A stretch of 64,000 nucleotides of DNA from assembly GCF_006345805.1 (NCBI RefSeq), contig NC_043001.1, forward strand, positions 34,162,001 through 34,226,000, given 5' to 3'. Origin of the DNA: Octopus sinensis. Its lineage: Eukaryota. The translations under genes were made by a program, and so were the position numbers. Of this stretch, positions 23,851 to 36,136 are shown piece by piece (positions within the stretch are counted from its first letter, which is position 1; each line of letters opens with the position of its first letter). A model generated the notes under the pieces. That model saw nothing but the letters and a program-made list of their open reading frames with translations. It was not told where the DNA came from and made no database searches.

Positions 23851-24156
23851 GCGAAAGGTGCTGATTGCTACCTAACTCAGATACCAGGAAACCCCAAAAT
23901 GGCAGAAATTCAAAAGATAGTGCTCATGGGAACTGCTCATATCCTACGCAAAATACTCTCTATGTAATCTCAAGGTTTAAAACAAACTTTTTAAAAAAAA
24001 TTTCTTTATTAGACATTCACTAGTACAACACAAAAACCACCCCAAATATATGGCACACTAGGCATAACAACAACGTGAACTTCCAAACTGTTGTCTCTTG
24101 AGGTCTCTGGGTGAGACTTGGAGCCAACTTGTACAAGCATAAAGCAAAAGTCAAAC

Positions 24157-24158
<2 letters not shown>
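23851..24158 (+). mobile_element. 5'-truncated R4/Dong element inside the (TAA)n of SINE E
   Basis: YLTQIPGNPKMAEIQKIVLMGTAHILRKILSM* plus UTR; same subfamily as 8905-9206. Confidence 0.85.
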
Positions 24159-24217
<59 letters not shown>

Positions 24218-24275
24218 TAATAATAACATCGAAAAATACCTTAGGAATGAGAACCCAGATTCGAAATTTCCTCAA

Positions 24276-24318
24276 GACACCTGAAGAAGGCTGGAGAGTA
24301 TATCAGCCGAAACGTGTT
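24276..24318 (+). ncRNA. Degenerate minimal type I hammerhead ribozyme motif
   Basis: gacac CTGAAGA a ggctg-gagagtatat-cagcc GAA ACGT gtt. Conserved core and 5-bp stem II are present; the cleavage-site/stem I 3' strand appears to have lost about 3 nt in this copy. Confidence 0.55.
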
Positions 24319-24648
24319 AACAACAAAGATGAGGACAAATATCCGGGAGAAGGTAAATAATGTAAATAATGTAAATTAGGGCTAGGGTTAAGTTATATTA
24401 TTTTGTTATATACCTTTTGCATGTTATTTTTTTTATTACTTCAGTCATTGGACTACGTCCACGCTGGGGCACCGTCCTGAGGGGTTTTAGTCGAACAAAT
24501 CGACCCCAGAAGTAATTTTTAAACCCTGGTACTTATTCTATCGCTTCCTTTCGCCGAACTGCTAAATCATAGGATCTTTAACAACCAACACCTGTTGCCA
24601 AGAGGTGCGAAGGTACAAACACAAACATAAACACACACACACACACAT

Positions 24649-24732
<84 letters not shown>

Positions 24733-25386
24733 CATCCCTGCACATACATACATATACGACGGGCTTCCACACAGTTTCTGTCGACCAGATTCACTCACAA
24801 AGCCGAGGCTATTGCAAGAGCCCGAGGCCATAGTGGAGGACATTTGCAGAGACAGAACCTGAAACCTCTTGGAGGCGAAGCGAATTCCTTAACCACAGAA
24901 CAATCACGATAATATTTAGATATTTATGTATCCACATTTCCCCTCTTTCTCCCTCCTTTTGTCACCGTCTATTCTTCCATGCTGATAGAGATCAAAAAGT
25001 TTAAAAAAACACAAATATACACACACAGTGTGGTAAGTAGCTTGCTTACCAACCACATGGTTTCGGGTTCAGTCCCACTGCGTGGCACCTTGGGTAAGTG
25101 TCTTCTGCTATAGCCTTGGGCCGAGCAAAGCCTTGTGAGTGGATTTGGTAGACGTAAACTGGAAGAAGCCCGTCGTATATATATATAGAAAGTGAGATAG
25201 GATTTATGAGTGTAACCCACTATGGGATATCATTTATCCAATATACTGCTAGTAAAGTACCCAGAAGGCTAAACATAAATGCTAAGAATTGCAATGCAAT
25301 TAATTCATTTATTGTATTATATGGGCGAAGGTAAAATGTTTTACCTCAAATTCATAATACAAATAAGAAAATGGAAATATATATAT

Positions 25387-25457
<71 letters not shown>

Positions 25458-26102
25458 GTGTTGTGTGTGTGTGTGTGTGTCTGTGTGTGTATACTTGTGT
25501 GTCTGTGTTTGTCTCCCCTACATCGCTTGACAACCGATGCTGGTGTGTTTACGTCCCCGTAACTTAGCGGTTCGGCAAAAGAGACCGATAGAATAAGTAC
25601 TAGGCTTACAAAGAATATGCTCTGGCGTCGATTTGCTCGACTGTAAAGGCAGTGCTCCAGCATGGCCGCAGTCAAATGACTGAAACAGAAATACATAACT
25701 AACTGTGTCACATTTATTTTTACATAGGATGTCCCTCTATGTACACATTCAACAAGGGCATGAATAGATCTTGTTCCTTATCCAAGTAAATTGAATAGAT
25801 GAAGCTTAAAGGTCTTGCCCAGGTGAACAGTAATCTCTAAGTCGTAAAATGATAATCTACGCGGACAATAATCCAGTACTATAGCTTCACAATTCATTGT
25901 AACTCTCTATGATATACATTTGTACACGTGATCTGTGGTAAAGTGTTTGCTTCCCAGCCACATGATTCCAGGTTCAGTCCTACTACGTGGCACCTTGGAC
26001 AAATGTCTTCTATTACAGCCTCGGGCCGACGAAAGCCTTGTGAGTGAATTTGGTTGAGAGAAACTGAAAGAAGCCTGTCGTATATATATATATATATATA
26101 TG

Positions 26103-26162
<60 letters not shown>

Positions 26163-26459
26163 TATATGTATGTGAAGGTGTGTGTCTGTGTCTGTGTATG
26201 TACCGTTGCACTTGATAACCGGTGTTGGTTTATTTACGTCCCCGTAACTTAGCAGTTCGGCATAAGTGGTCGACAGAATTAGTACCATGTTAAAAAAAAG
26301 TAGTGAGGTTGATTTATTCGACTAATCACTTCAAGGCCCAGCATTCCCCAGCATGGCCACAGTCCAATGACTGAAATAAGTAAAAAAAAATGTAAAAGAA
26401 TATAAGTAAAAAAAATACAAGATAAATAATTCCTTAATGAAGAATTTCATATTAATTAC

Positions 26460-26561
26460 CTCTGGATATCCTTCATCAGGTCCTAATGTGGTTTGTTTCT
26501 TTCCTGCTCTCATTTCTAGATGTCTGTTTTGTGCTACTCGAATATCAGTTGCATAGATTGC
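26460..26561 (-). CDS. Host gene exon
   Basis: ttttatattgacag|GCA ATC TAT...CCA GAG|gtaatt. Reads AIYATDIRVAQNRHLEMRAGKKQTTLGPDEGYPE; phase 0 to 0. Confidence 0.8.
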
Positions 26562-26829
26562 CTGTCAATATAAAAGATAACACTGCCATCTCAAATGGAA
26601 AAGAAACGGACACAATATGATTGGACTACAAGGGCCGAATGCAAAACAAAAAAAAATACGTGTTTGCAGTAAAAACAATAACAAGGCAATACCAACGTTC
26701 TCTCAACGATTAGCCGGAGATGATTTTGAAAATGAGAATATCTGAAATAAACTCAACTGCTCTCGCAAACGAGAATACTAAAAATGAACACAATTGCTCT
26801 CAAAAAAGAAGTAAAAAAAACGGAAAATT

Positions 26830-27020
26830 ATCCATAATCTCTGTCCGGTACCCGATCGATCCCAAAATCTAATCAATTCGTTCCAGTCACCTGGCCAAAC
26901 ATCCCTGAAAGTTTCATCGGAATCCATCCAGCGGTTCTTGAGATATCTTGTCCACGGACAAACAAACAAATATGACTGTAAACAATATCCCCGACTTTGC
27001 TAAGGCAGCGGTAATCAACA
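26830..27020 (-). mobile_element. Possible Helentron-associated non-autonomous element (HINE/DINE-like)
   Basis: rc starts ttgattaccgctgccttagcaaagtcggggatattgttt, then (tttg)n and ...gatggattccgatgaaactttcaggg..., resembling the usual HINE layout from memory. Confidence 0.45.
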
Positions 27021-27439
27021 ACGGAATTTAAACAATAAAATTCCCCAAAAGGTGGGTATACTGGAGATCCATCCAGGGCCGACCATGGAACCCCACAAAT
27101 CCTGATCACCTCGACCGCTAAGTGCACCTAAGACAGGTACCCCTCTTCCTCAAACTCTCCGGCCTACAGGCGTATGCTCAGAGTAGGCCCATTCACAAAG
27201 ACCATCCTCTTCATACAACTTGATGGTAATAATTATGACCTTTAACATAGGCACAATGCCTTACATTTAATGGGAGATGTTAATTGATTAAATCGGCTCC
27301 ATTATTTAACTTCTTTATTTTATCGCGTTCGCAAAGAGGAAAAACAAAACTGCGAGATTTGGACTCAGAACATAAAGACTCGGTGAACATGCCGTGCCAC
27401 ATTATTCTGTCTTTAAAGATTCTACAAACCCACAGCTTC

Positions 27440-27520
<81 letters not shown>

Positions 27521-27527
27521 AATAATA

Positions 27528-27590
<63 letters not shown>

Positions 27591-28144
27591 GCCCTGATGC
27601 AGTACCAGGCAGTGGCTCTCATGGCTTCTGATCTTAACTGATTGGAAGTGTTATCATGTACATTGTTTTGTCTTGGTATAAAAGATGGGCTACAGCAAAT
27701 ATTCTGCTCAATACCACAGATTTGCTTGTCAGTTGTTTGACCATAACCAGTTGAGCATGTCCCTTAGTGGCTGACGATATGTACATCTCTGATCACGAGC
27801 AGAAGTAGTGGGGGAGCATCATAGCCATGTGTTGAGAGGGATTCTTTGGGATTTGAATAGTTCACCTCTGGAAACATGGGTGGTTCTTTCAACATCCTTA
27901 AATAACCCTTATTCAGGGACCGTTTGAGCGGGATGGGCTACTCAACCTGAAGAAAATTCTAACTGGGCCCCACCTGAAAGGTCATGTGCTGTTTATCTTG
28001 ATATGAGATCACCATGTCGCGCACATATGGTTGTGATGCATGTGCCTGGTATACCTTTATCAGACGGGTAGTCATGATGGGTATATTGGGCTTCGTATAT
28101 TTTACCCCAGTGTCACTTTGATGGCATGAACTGCTCTCTCACTC
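27591..28144 (+). mobile_element. About 550-bp non-coding interspersed element bounded by (TAA)n on both sides
   Basis: Complex sequence between long TAA tracts. Its end (catgaactgctctctcactc) recurs as a 26-bp remnant at 12875-12900 (-), also abutting (TAA)n. Confidence 0.6.
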
Positions 28145-28166
28145 AATAATAATAATAATAATAATA

Positions 28167-28220
<54 letters not shown>

Positions 28221-28225
28221 TAATA

Positions 28226-28344
28226 GGATTTAAAGCAAGACATGACAGAATCGGCCAGTATTTACACTGGACAATATGTCAGCATTATAAAATCGAAACC
28301 AGTGACAAATGGTATAAAGACCATCTTGAAGCTGTGACTGAGTC
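28226..28344 (+). mobile_element. Short R4/Dong internal fragment after (TAA)n
   Basis: FKARHDRIGQYLHWTICQHYKIETSDKWYKDHLEAVTE, homologous to 3810-3910. Confidence 0.8.
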
Positions 28345-28715
28345 GAGCCCAATAATCAAGTTCCATCGTGCCATTTATTTTTTTAGTGATTGATCTTTGT
28401 GGCACTTCGATCCTCATTATGTCTTTTTTTTTTTATAGGGGGACTACAATGGGCAGCAGTATTCGAAGTAGGGCCTAGTGAACGTGGAAAAGAGAAAGAT
28501 GATAGTTTCACGATCCCCAGATTGAAAAGTACAGGACTTAAAAAATAAGTTCGACTAAACCCTTTCAAGCCGATGTTCCAGCATGGCCGCCGTCCGATAC
28601 CTGAAAAAAAAAAAGATAAAAAATTCGAACTTCGCTGCACAGACACTTCAGCCCCATTTCAACATCCTAAGACAAACCAACGACTCGTCTATACATTAAA
28701 ATTTTTTTCTCTTAC

Positions 28716-28892
28716 CGGCGTCGAGTTGGACCTTAAATTTTTTTCGCCATTTTGTTGCTGTTGTACTCTATACATTCTGCTGTGTTCCATTCCAGCTGTT
28801 CTATCTACGCTGTTGTGTTTTCTTTCATATGGATAAATAGGACAACTCTGGCGATGCTTATACGGAGTTACCTCCCCGAACGATATGCTGCT
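28716..28892 (-). CDS. Host gene exon
   Basis: ttttttttccacag|AGC AGC ATA...ACG CCG|gtaaga. Reads SSISFGEVTPYKHRQSCPIY...NLRSNSTP; phase 0 to 0; 177 nt. Confidence 0.85.
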
Positions 28893-29364
28893 CTGTGGAA
28901 AAAAAATAATAATAAAAGGAATATTTAGCTTTTGTTGACAAATTGTCATATAAATACATATCATATATCTTTAATATTTTGTCTCGCTGTGAAATTAGAT
29001 CCCAAGGTGAGATCCTTTTTATTTTTGTGTAAGTGGGCAAATAAAGAGAAGTTAGGATGGTGAAACGAGGAAAATTAGAAGAAAGTTATAGTCTACGAAG
29101 TAGAGTTTACGCGTTTGCATAACCGACGCTATGCTGTGGTCCCAAGAATAAATCATGTTACAACTTAGCAAGCTGACACGTTTAATGATCTCTGCTTTAA
29201 TATATTTATACTAACTCAACTAATGTTTATTTCTATGTTATTGTTATAGTTTAGCTTGTCTGCATGTTTTCAAATTTAGGATATATTTCATATTAAATTT
29301 CAATTGACATAATTAATAAAAAGTTGACAATAATACGCATATAAAACAATACAGTAAAAGAAAT

Positions 29365-29478
29365 TGTTTATATTATATCATATCATATCATATCATATCA
29401 TATCATATCATATCATATCATATCATATATCATATCATATCATATCATATATCATATCATATCATATCATATCATATT
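29365..29478. repeat. (TATCA)n pentanucleotide microsatellite followed by (TTAGGG)-like repeats
   Basis: Direct reading. Confidence 0.9.
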
Positions 29479-29681
29479 ATAGGGTTAGGGTTAGGGTTAT
29501 ATCAGTGGTTAGGGGTATTCGGCTCATGATCGTAAGGTCGGGAGTTCAATTCCCGGCGGCGCGTTGTGTCCTTGAGCAAGACAATTTATTTCACGTTGCT
29601 CAGTTGGCAAAAATGAGTAGTACCTGTATTTCAAAGGTCCAGCCTTGTCACACTCTGTGTCACGCTGAATCTCGAAGCCGT

Positions 29682-30588
29682 GGCCAGTAGGACGGGACTC
29701 AGCAGGCATTCTGACTGCGTCTGCACGCCGGAGTTCATCCAATAACTGAAGGACAAGGTGATGGAAGATCCGAACAAAGGAATTCGGGCTTTGGCGAGAG
29801 AGATGTCTGTTGGAGTCGCCTCTATCAAGCTGGCCCTCAATGAGAACCTTCGCTATTACTTCTACAAGACGAGTAAGGAACAAATGTTGACAGTAAAGGC
29901 CAAGGAGAACTGCTTTACAAAAGCAAGGAAGCTCCTGAACAACCTGAAGCATCATACTGAACCGGGGATGATCTGGTCCTTCTCGGATGAAAAGTACTTC
30001 TGCTAGGACCAGTTGCACAACATCCAGAACAACAAGTGTCTTGCCTACAGTTTAAATGATGTCTCACGATTCATGAAAACCAAGTTAACCCAAATTCTGA
30101 TGGTCTTTGGGTGAGCCTCCAGTGAGGCCGACGTCATGTCACCCCACATCTTTGAACAGGGTCTTAGGCTTGATTCTGACGGCTACGTGAAGCTTATGGA
30201 GACTGGCTGGAAGGTCATATGTGTGGCAGCAGGATTCAGCACCTTGCCATACTTGAGGAAAGAGTCAGAAGTTGTTGTCGGAAAATTTTTACGTCTTCAC
30301 CAGTCTCAATTTTTGGTTTCCTGATTTCCCCGATTGTAATCTCATGGATTCCTATGTGTAGGGTGCAGTTGAAAAAGACACCAACCGCTCTGCTCGCAAC
30401 ACCAAGGCCGAGTTGGTTGCCAAGGTTGACAAAGTGTTCGAAGATCTTCCCGGGGACACAGCGAGGAATGCATGCGCCAGTTTCCAGAGCCGTCTTGAGT
30501 CCGTGGTGGAAGCTGAGTGCGACTACTTTGAGTAAACTGTTATCTCTCTGCCATAATCTTGTTGATTTTTTTCTCTATTTTCTAAAAT
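29682..30588 (+). mobile_element. DD37D (maT-type) transposase pseudogene fragment
   Basis: ...IRALAREMSV...WSFSDEKYF...LMVFG*ASSEADVM...VWQQDSAPCHT*...PDCNLMDSYV*GAVE. 37 residues between the second and third Asp; several stops and a deletion. Confidence 0.85.
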
Positions 30589-30780
30589 ACGAGGTCTGAT
30601 CAATAAGTATCCGGACTATTGCCATTATAATGAAGCTAAAGCACGCAGAGAGAAGCCGCTTAGTAAAGATTGACCTTGAACTCTGTTGTGCATGCTCACT
30701 AAGTTTTAACATTCTAGCACACTTCTGCTGTTTTCAGTAGTGTTTGGAAGGAAGGTGTGTAGCGTGTGATCGTCTTATTA
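30589..30780 (+). mobile_element. Left end of a mariner-like element
   Basis: TA|CGAGGTCTGATCAATAAGTATCCGGACT resembles mariner TIRs; no coding sequence retained. Confidence 0.5.
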
Positions 30781-32455
30781 TAAAGCGGGTAGCTGGCAGA
30801 ATCGTTAGCGCCCCGGGCATTATACTGAGCGGCATTTCTTCGATCCTTAGGTTTTTAATTCAAATTCCGCCAAGGTCGACTTTGCCTTTCGTCATTTCGG
30901 GAACGATAGAATAAGTACCGACTGAAGACTGGGGTCAACGTAATTGACTTAAACCCTCACCTAAAATTACTGGCCTTGTGTCAAAATTTGAAACCATTAT
31001 ATTAAATTGTTATATTGTATTAAATTGTTATGTTATATTATTATATATAATATTATATTTTATTGTTGTATAATAATTAGTTTTAAACTGCGGATAAGAA
31101 AATAAATGACATGATGTTTAGTTCCTTTTTACATAGAACATTAGAAATGTAACGTAAATAATTTATTTACATACTAGAAATAGTTGCTTACTTTCCATGC
31201 TACAGCAGTCGCCTCATGATTATATCAATTATTCATCAGCTAATTATTTGTTACTATTATCATTTATTTATCCACGCACCAGTGCAGATAAATGAGTCAA
31301 TATTACACCCGACGGTGCTTCATAGAAAACCCATTACATAATGTTGTTCTATGTACACTGTGTTTGAATGTAGGACGAGTTGGTCGTGATTGGAAAGGCT
31401 TTCATCGCTGGTCTGCTCGATTACGTTTGATCTAGGCTAATCAATAACATCATTCAGTGAAGTGGGGTCTATTACTTGATTTTTCAATTACCAAAAGTAT
31501 CAACCAACGGGTGATGAACCCTGTTCATTTTATAAGTAGGAAACAGCAATCAATTATATCGATCCCCGAGCTCAGTACTTATTTTATAAACAAGGTTGAC
31601 TTCGATAGGATTTCAGATCATAAAGGATCAATGTGATATCACATGTGACGTCAATTTGATCCTTTTTTTTCCCTTTTGAAGTATGAGCACAATCCACCTG
31701 GCTGGCGAGCTTCCATAGAGTTTCCGTCTACTCACTTTCACTTTTAAGGTATGGGTCAACTTGTAGTTATAGAAAATGGCATCTGTCCTAGAGCCACGCA
31801 GTGAAATCGAAACTGAAACTTTGTAGTTGCGATGCGAATTTCTTAACTATTCGAGACCTTACTGCACCTATATAAGCATTTACACAACAACAACAACAAC
31901 AACACACACACACACACACACACACACATTATGCATTTTCTACTACGGAAGCCCAAAAACCTTTATTGTTGTTTTCTACTAGTCACAGAAGAAACTCTTC
32001 TGGACCCTCGTGACTGGCCGAACTTGTCTACTGGAAGCGCAAGAAGAGATTTGAAGTTAATATTGCTAAATAACGGAACACTTGTTTATCATACATTGCT
32101 CCTATTTTCAACAGAAGTGACAATGTGTACCCACTCACAGTTACGTTATCGAACATATTTCATAGATTGACTGAATCATTTATGATTATTAAAAGCTTTG
32201 TCGTTTTGGCCGTTGCTATTGTTTAGCTCTTGATCATCGTTCATCGAGTAGACTTTATGGTCAATGGCATTCAAGCTGGCTTTTTTGGTCTTTTTGTAAT
32301 CCAGGGATTACATTATACAAAATATCCCTCCTTACTAAAGACAGCCAAATATAATTTGAAGGAAACTTGTTTGCTATTTCTAGCAAGACGAATGACCGCA
32401 TCAAAGCTTCTTGGTTCCTCAGGAAAAATTTATGTTAAATAAAATGCGTTTTTAC

Positions 32456-32568
32456 CATGTCGTTGAGCTGCTTCGACTCAGTCATAGAGGTGTTTCCTTC
32501 TTTCGACATTGTCTTACTGTCTTTATAATTCGCATAGTGACTGTGTTCCTTCGGGAATGAATTCATTG
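32456..32568 (-). CDS. Host gene exon
   Basis: tatttattttcag|CA ATG AAT...GAC ATG|gtaaaa. Reads MNSFPKEHSHYANYKDSKTMSKEGNTSMTESKQLNDM; phase 1 to 0. Confidence 0.8.
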
Positions 32569-33247
32569 CTGAAAATAAATAAATAAATGAATAAAAAATA
32601 AGTTAATAAAACATTGATAATTAGAGGATATAATTAAAAACAGAATAGAGGAAAAAATAACTCGTGATTTTCGAGACTTAATTTTGTTATGACCAATAGC
32701 ATTGGAAACATAACTGTTGGTATTGAAGAATCTAAACTGTGACAAGGAGTCTATTTGTCGAAGTCAAAGAATTTTCTGCAACAATCCATACATTAAAAAA
32801 CAAAACAACGTAAAATACTTTGATAATGATTTCTTAGGTATGAGATTTGGTTTCAGGGATTCATTTCAGCAGAAGAAAATCGTATACACCGGCGAACAAC
32901 TCACCTGTAAACAATGCTTTCTTAATTAAAACTAGAATGAGCTAAATGAAATAAATCAAAGTAGCTAATGGCATTAATTTGGATAAGTAAATCAAACGAT
33001 GATGCACTGAAAGCCCGACAAATTCAGAACATTACCCTTTAACTTTAATACTTTGTCATATAAAGCGCAAGACCAAACAAATTCATAGAGAAAAGTAATG
33101 ATATTGTTTATGTGTTTTTTTATAAAAATACGCGGTGCAAATAAAAATGTATAGACTTCCACAAGAAACCGAAATTGCTCGTCGCTAATAATATTTTCCT
33201 CAACGCTTGCCACGCAAATAGAATCGAGATATATCTGCAGTCGTTAC

Positions 33248-33377
33248 CTTTTTGGTTTCTGTTGGGTACTTGGAATGAATACTGCGTTGAGACTGGAGTC
33301 TGTGGATCGAATGACATTGACGGGGGAATGATTTCAACTTGACCATCACCCTCTATTCGTTGACTGTAACCGTCCAC
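33248..33377 (-). CDS. Host gene exon
   Basis: tctctctctcattaag|GTG GAC...CAA AAA G|gtaacg. Reads VDGYSQRIEGDGQVEIIPPSMSFDPQTPVSTQYSFQVPNRNQK; phase 0 to 1. Confidence 0.8.
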
Positions 33378-33699
33378 CTTAATGAGAGAGAGAAATTACG
33401 TACTTAGTAAAGAAACCAATTACCTTTCCTTTTTCACACTTAATCACCACAACAACAATAATCATCATGTTTGAGGAAGAATAAAGATGTTCTTCGTTAT
33501 ATATCAAGCAGACATGACCGTGTGGTTAAGACGATCACTTTGCAGCCACGTGGTTTCGGGTTTAGGTCCACTTCGCGGCATCTTGGAGAAGTGTCTTCTG
33601 CTATAGCCCCAGGCCGACCAATGCCCTGTGAGTAAATTAGTGGATTTGGTTGACTGAAACCGTGTAGAAGCACGTCTCACACACACATATGTGTGTTTG

Positions 33700-33784
<85 letters not shown>

Positions 33785-34401
33785 GTGTGTGTGTGTGTGC
33801 GTGTGTGTGTATACATATATATATGTAAGCAGCATCAACGTCAAGCAGGGATTAGGAGTAAACGAACTTTAGGCTAGTTAGAATATGTTTGTGAGATATT
33901 TCAACTTCTAAAGGTAAATTCACAGCAGTTACCGTGGAGAAAAATTCTCTCTTATGGTAAAGAGGTGTTAAAACAACATATTTGCCCAGTATCGGATTCC
34001 CAGACACGGTGTTTCTAGCTCTTTAGCTTTCATCAATGGGAAATATCAAAGAGAGGTAACTCTGGGCAGATTCGAAACTGTAGCTCAAACTAAAAAGCAG
34101 TCAACAACATTGACTGAATTGCGCTATTAGACCGCTTGAGCGGTATAAAATCAGCAGCATAAACAAGGCCAGCTATTTCGAGGGTGAGGCTACATCCATC
34201 CCAGTACTCGAACTGGTATTTATTTATCTGTTCCAAAAGGATAAAAGGCAAAGTTGACCTCGGAGGTATTTATTGCATTTGAACTCAGAACGTAAAGAGC
34301 TGGACGAAATGTCACTAAGCATTTTGTGTGAAGCGCAAATGATTCTGCTTGTTTACCGTCTTAGATCGACCACAAATAATTTAGAAAGAAAATATTCTTA
34401 C

Positions 34402-34475
34402 CTTCTGTCTTTTACGCATCTTCAAGACAGTCGAAGAAAAGAAATCTGTCAGTTGGGGCCAGATATTTAATAAAA
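34402..34475 (-). CDS. Candidate upstream exon of host gene (may contain the start, MRKRQK)
   Basis: gtatattttgcag| ... CAG AAG|gtaaga. Only one frame is open (LLNIWPQLTDFFSSTVLKMRKRQK), ending in phase 0. Confidence 0.55.
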
Positions 34476-35316
34476 CTGCAAAATATACAAAAATTTTAAT
34501 TATTCATTTTTAATTGCATATATTTCAGCAAAGGTGGCGAGCTGGCAGAATCGTTACTGCGCCGGGTAAAATGTTTAGCGTTATTTCGATAGTCTTTGTG
34601 TTCTGAGTTCAAATTCCACGGAGATGTTCTTTGCCTTTTATCCTTACTAGATTGATGAAATAACTATTAGTCAAGCACTGGAACCAATATAATCGTCTTA
34701 TCACTTACCGCGAAATTGTTGTTCCATATTTTAAACTATTATTATATTCACGTCAAAGGTAGCGAGCTGACAGAGCCGTTAGCACACCGGATAAAATGCT
34801 TAGCGACATTTCGTCCGTCTTTACATTCTGAGTTCAAATTCCGTCGAGTATTGGGGTCAATGTAATCGACTTCCCTCTCCCACAAAAGTCCGATGGTCCT
34901 CTGCCAAAATTTGAAATCATTTACATATTGTCGTCAGGATGATGGTTTGGCAGAATCGCTAGAGCACCTGACAAAAGTCAATATTTAACTTGAACAAGCT
35001 GGTAGAATCGTTAACACGCTGGGTAAAATACTTATCGGCACTTTGTCCACCTTTACGTTCTGAGTTCAAATTCCACTGAGGTCAGCTTTGCTTTTCGTCC
35101 TTTCGGGGTCGATAAAATAAGTAAGCACCATCAAAACACTAGGTTCGATGTAATCGACTTAGCCCCTCCAGCGAAATTGATGGCCTTGCATCAAAATTTG
35201 AAACGGATAATCAACTTGAACCAGTTTCATCAATCGCAACAGAATAAAACGGGAAATCGGACCTTGCTGAGTTTGAACTCTTGAACGTAAAATGACTCCC
35301 AATGTCGGACTGATTC

Positions 35317-36136
35317 TTATTTCTTTATTGCCCACAACGGGCTAAACATAGAGGGGACAAACAAAGACAGACAAAGGGATTAAGTCGATTGCATCGACCC
35401 CAGTGCGTGACTGGTACTTAATTTATCGACCCCGAAGAATGAAAGGCAAATTCGACTTCGGTGGAATTTGAACTCAGAACGTAGCGGCAGACGAAATACC
35501 TATTTCTTTATTGCCCACAAGGGGCTAAACATAGAGGGGATAAACAAAGACATATAAAGGGATTAAGTCGATTACATCAACCCCATTGAGTAACTGGTAC
35601 TTAATTTATAGACCCCGAAAGGATGAAAGGCAAAGTCGATCTCGGAGGAATTTGAACTCAGAACGTAAAGACAGACGAATTACCTATTTCTTTACTACCC
35701 ACAAGGGGCTAAACACAGAGGGGGCAAACAAGGACAGACAAACGGATTAAGTCGATTTTATCTACCCCAGTGCGTAACTGGTACTTAATTTATCGACTCC
35801 GAAAGGATGAAAGGCAAAGTCGACCTCGGCGGAATTTGGATTCAGAACGTAGCGGCAGGCGAAACAGCGCTAAGCACTTCACCTGGCGTGCTAACGTTTC
35901 TTATTTTTTTTATTGCCCACAAGGGGCTAAACATAGAGGGGACAAACAAGGACAGACAGACGGATTAAGTCGATTATATCGACCCCAGTGCGTAGCTGGT
36001 ACTTATTTAATCGACCCCGAAAGGATGAAAGGCAAAGTCGACCTCGGCGGAATTTGAATTCAGAACGTAGCGGCAGACGAAATACTGCTAAGCATTTCGT
36101 CTGGTGTGCTAACGTTTCTGTCAGCTCGCCGCCTTC
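35317..36136 (-). mobile_element. SINE family C head-to-tail tetramer
   Basis: Junctions at 35500/1, 35684/5 and 35900/1; flanked by atgtcg(g/a)actgattc on both sides (15-bp TSD, 1 mismatch). Confidence 0.9.

Larger units (their letters stand above)
23694..24376 (+). mobile_element. SINE family E (tRNA head + (TAA)n + hammerhead-like tail), interrupted by a Dong insertion
   Basis: A box tgacgtagtgg, B box gagttcaattcc, then (TAA)n, Dong piece, (TAA)n, tail 24226-24376 ending (gtaaataat)n. Confidence 0.75.

Noticed and set aside
32300-32420. Open minus-strand frame EPRSFDAVIRLARNSK... after a possible AG
   Set aside because: It would require an intron of about 36 nt, and it ends in a stop with no donor.
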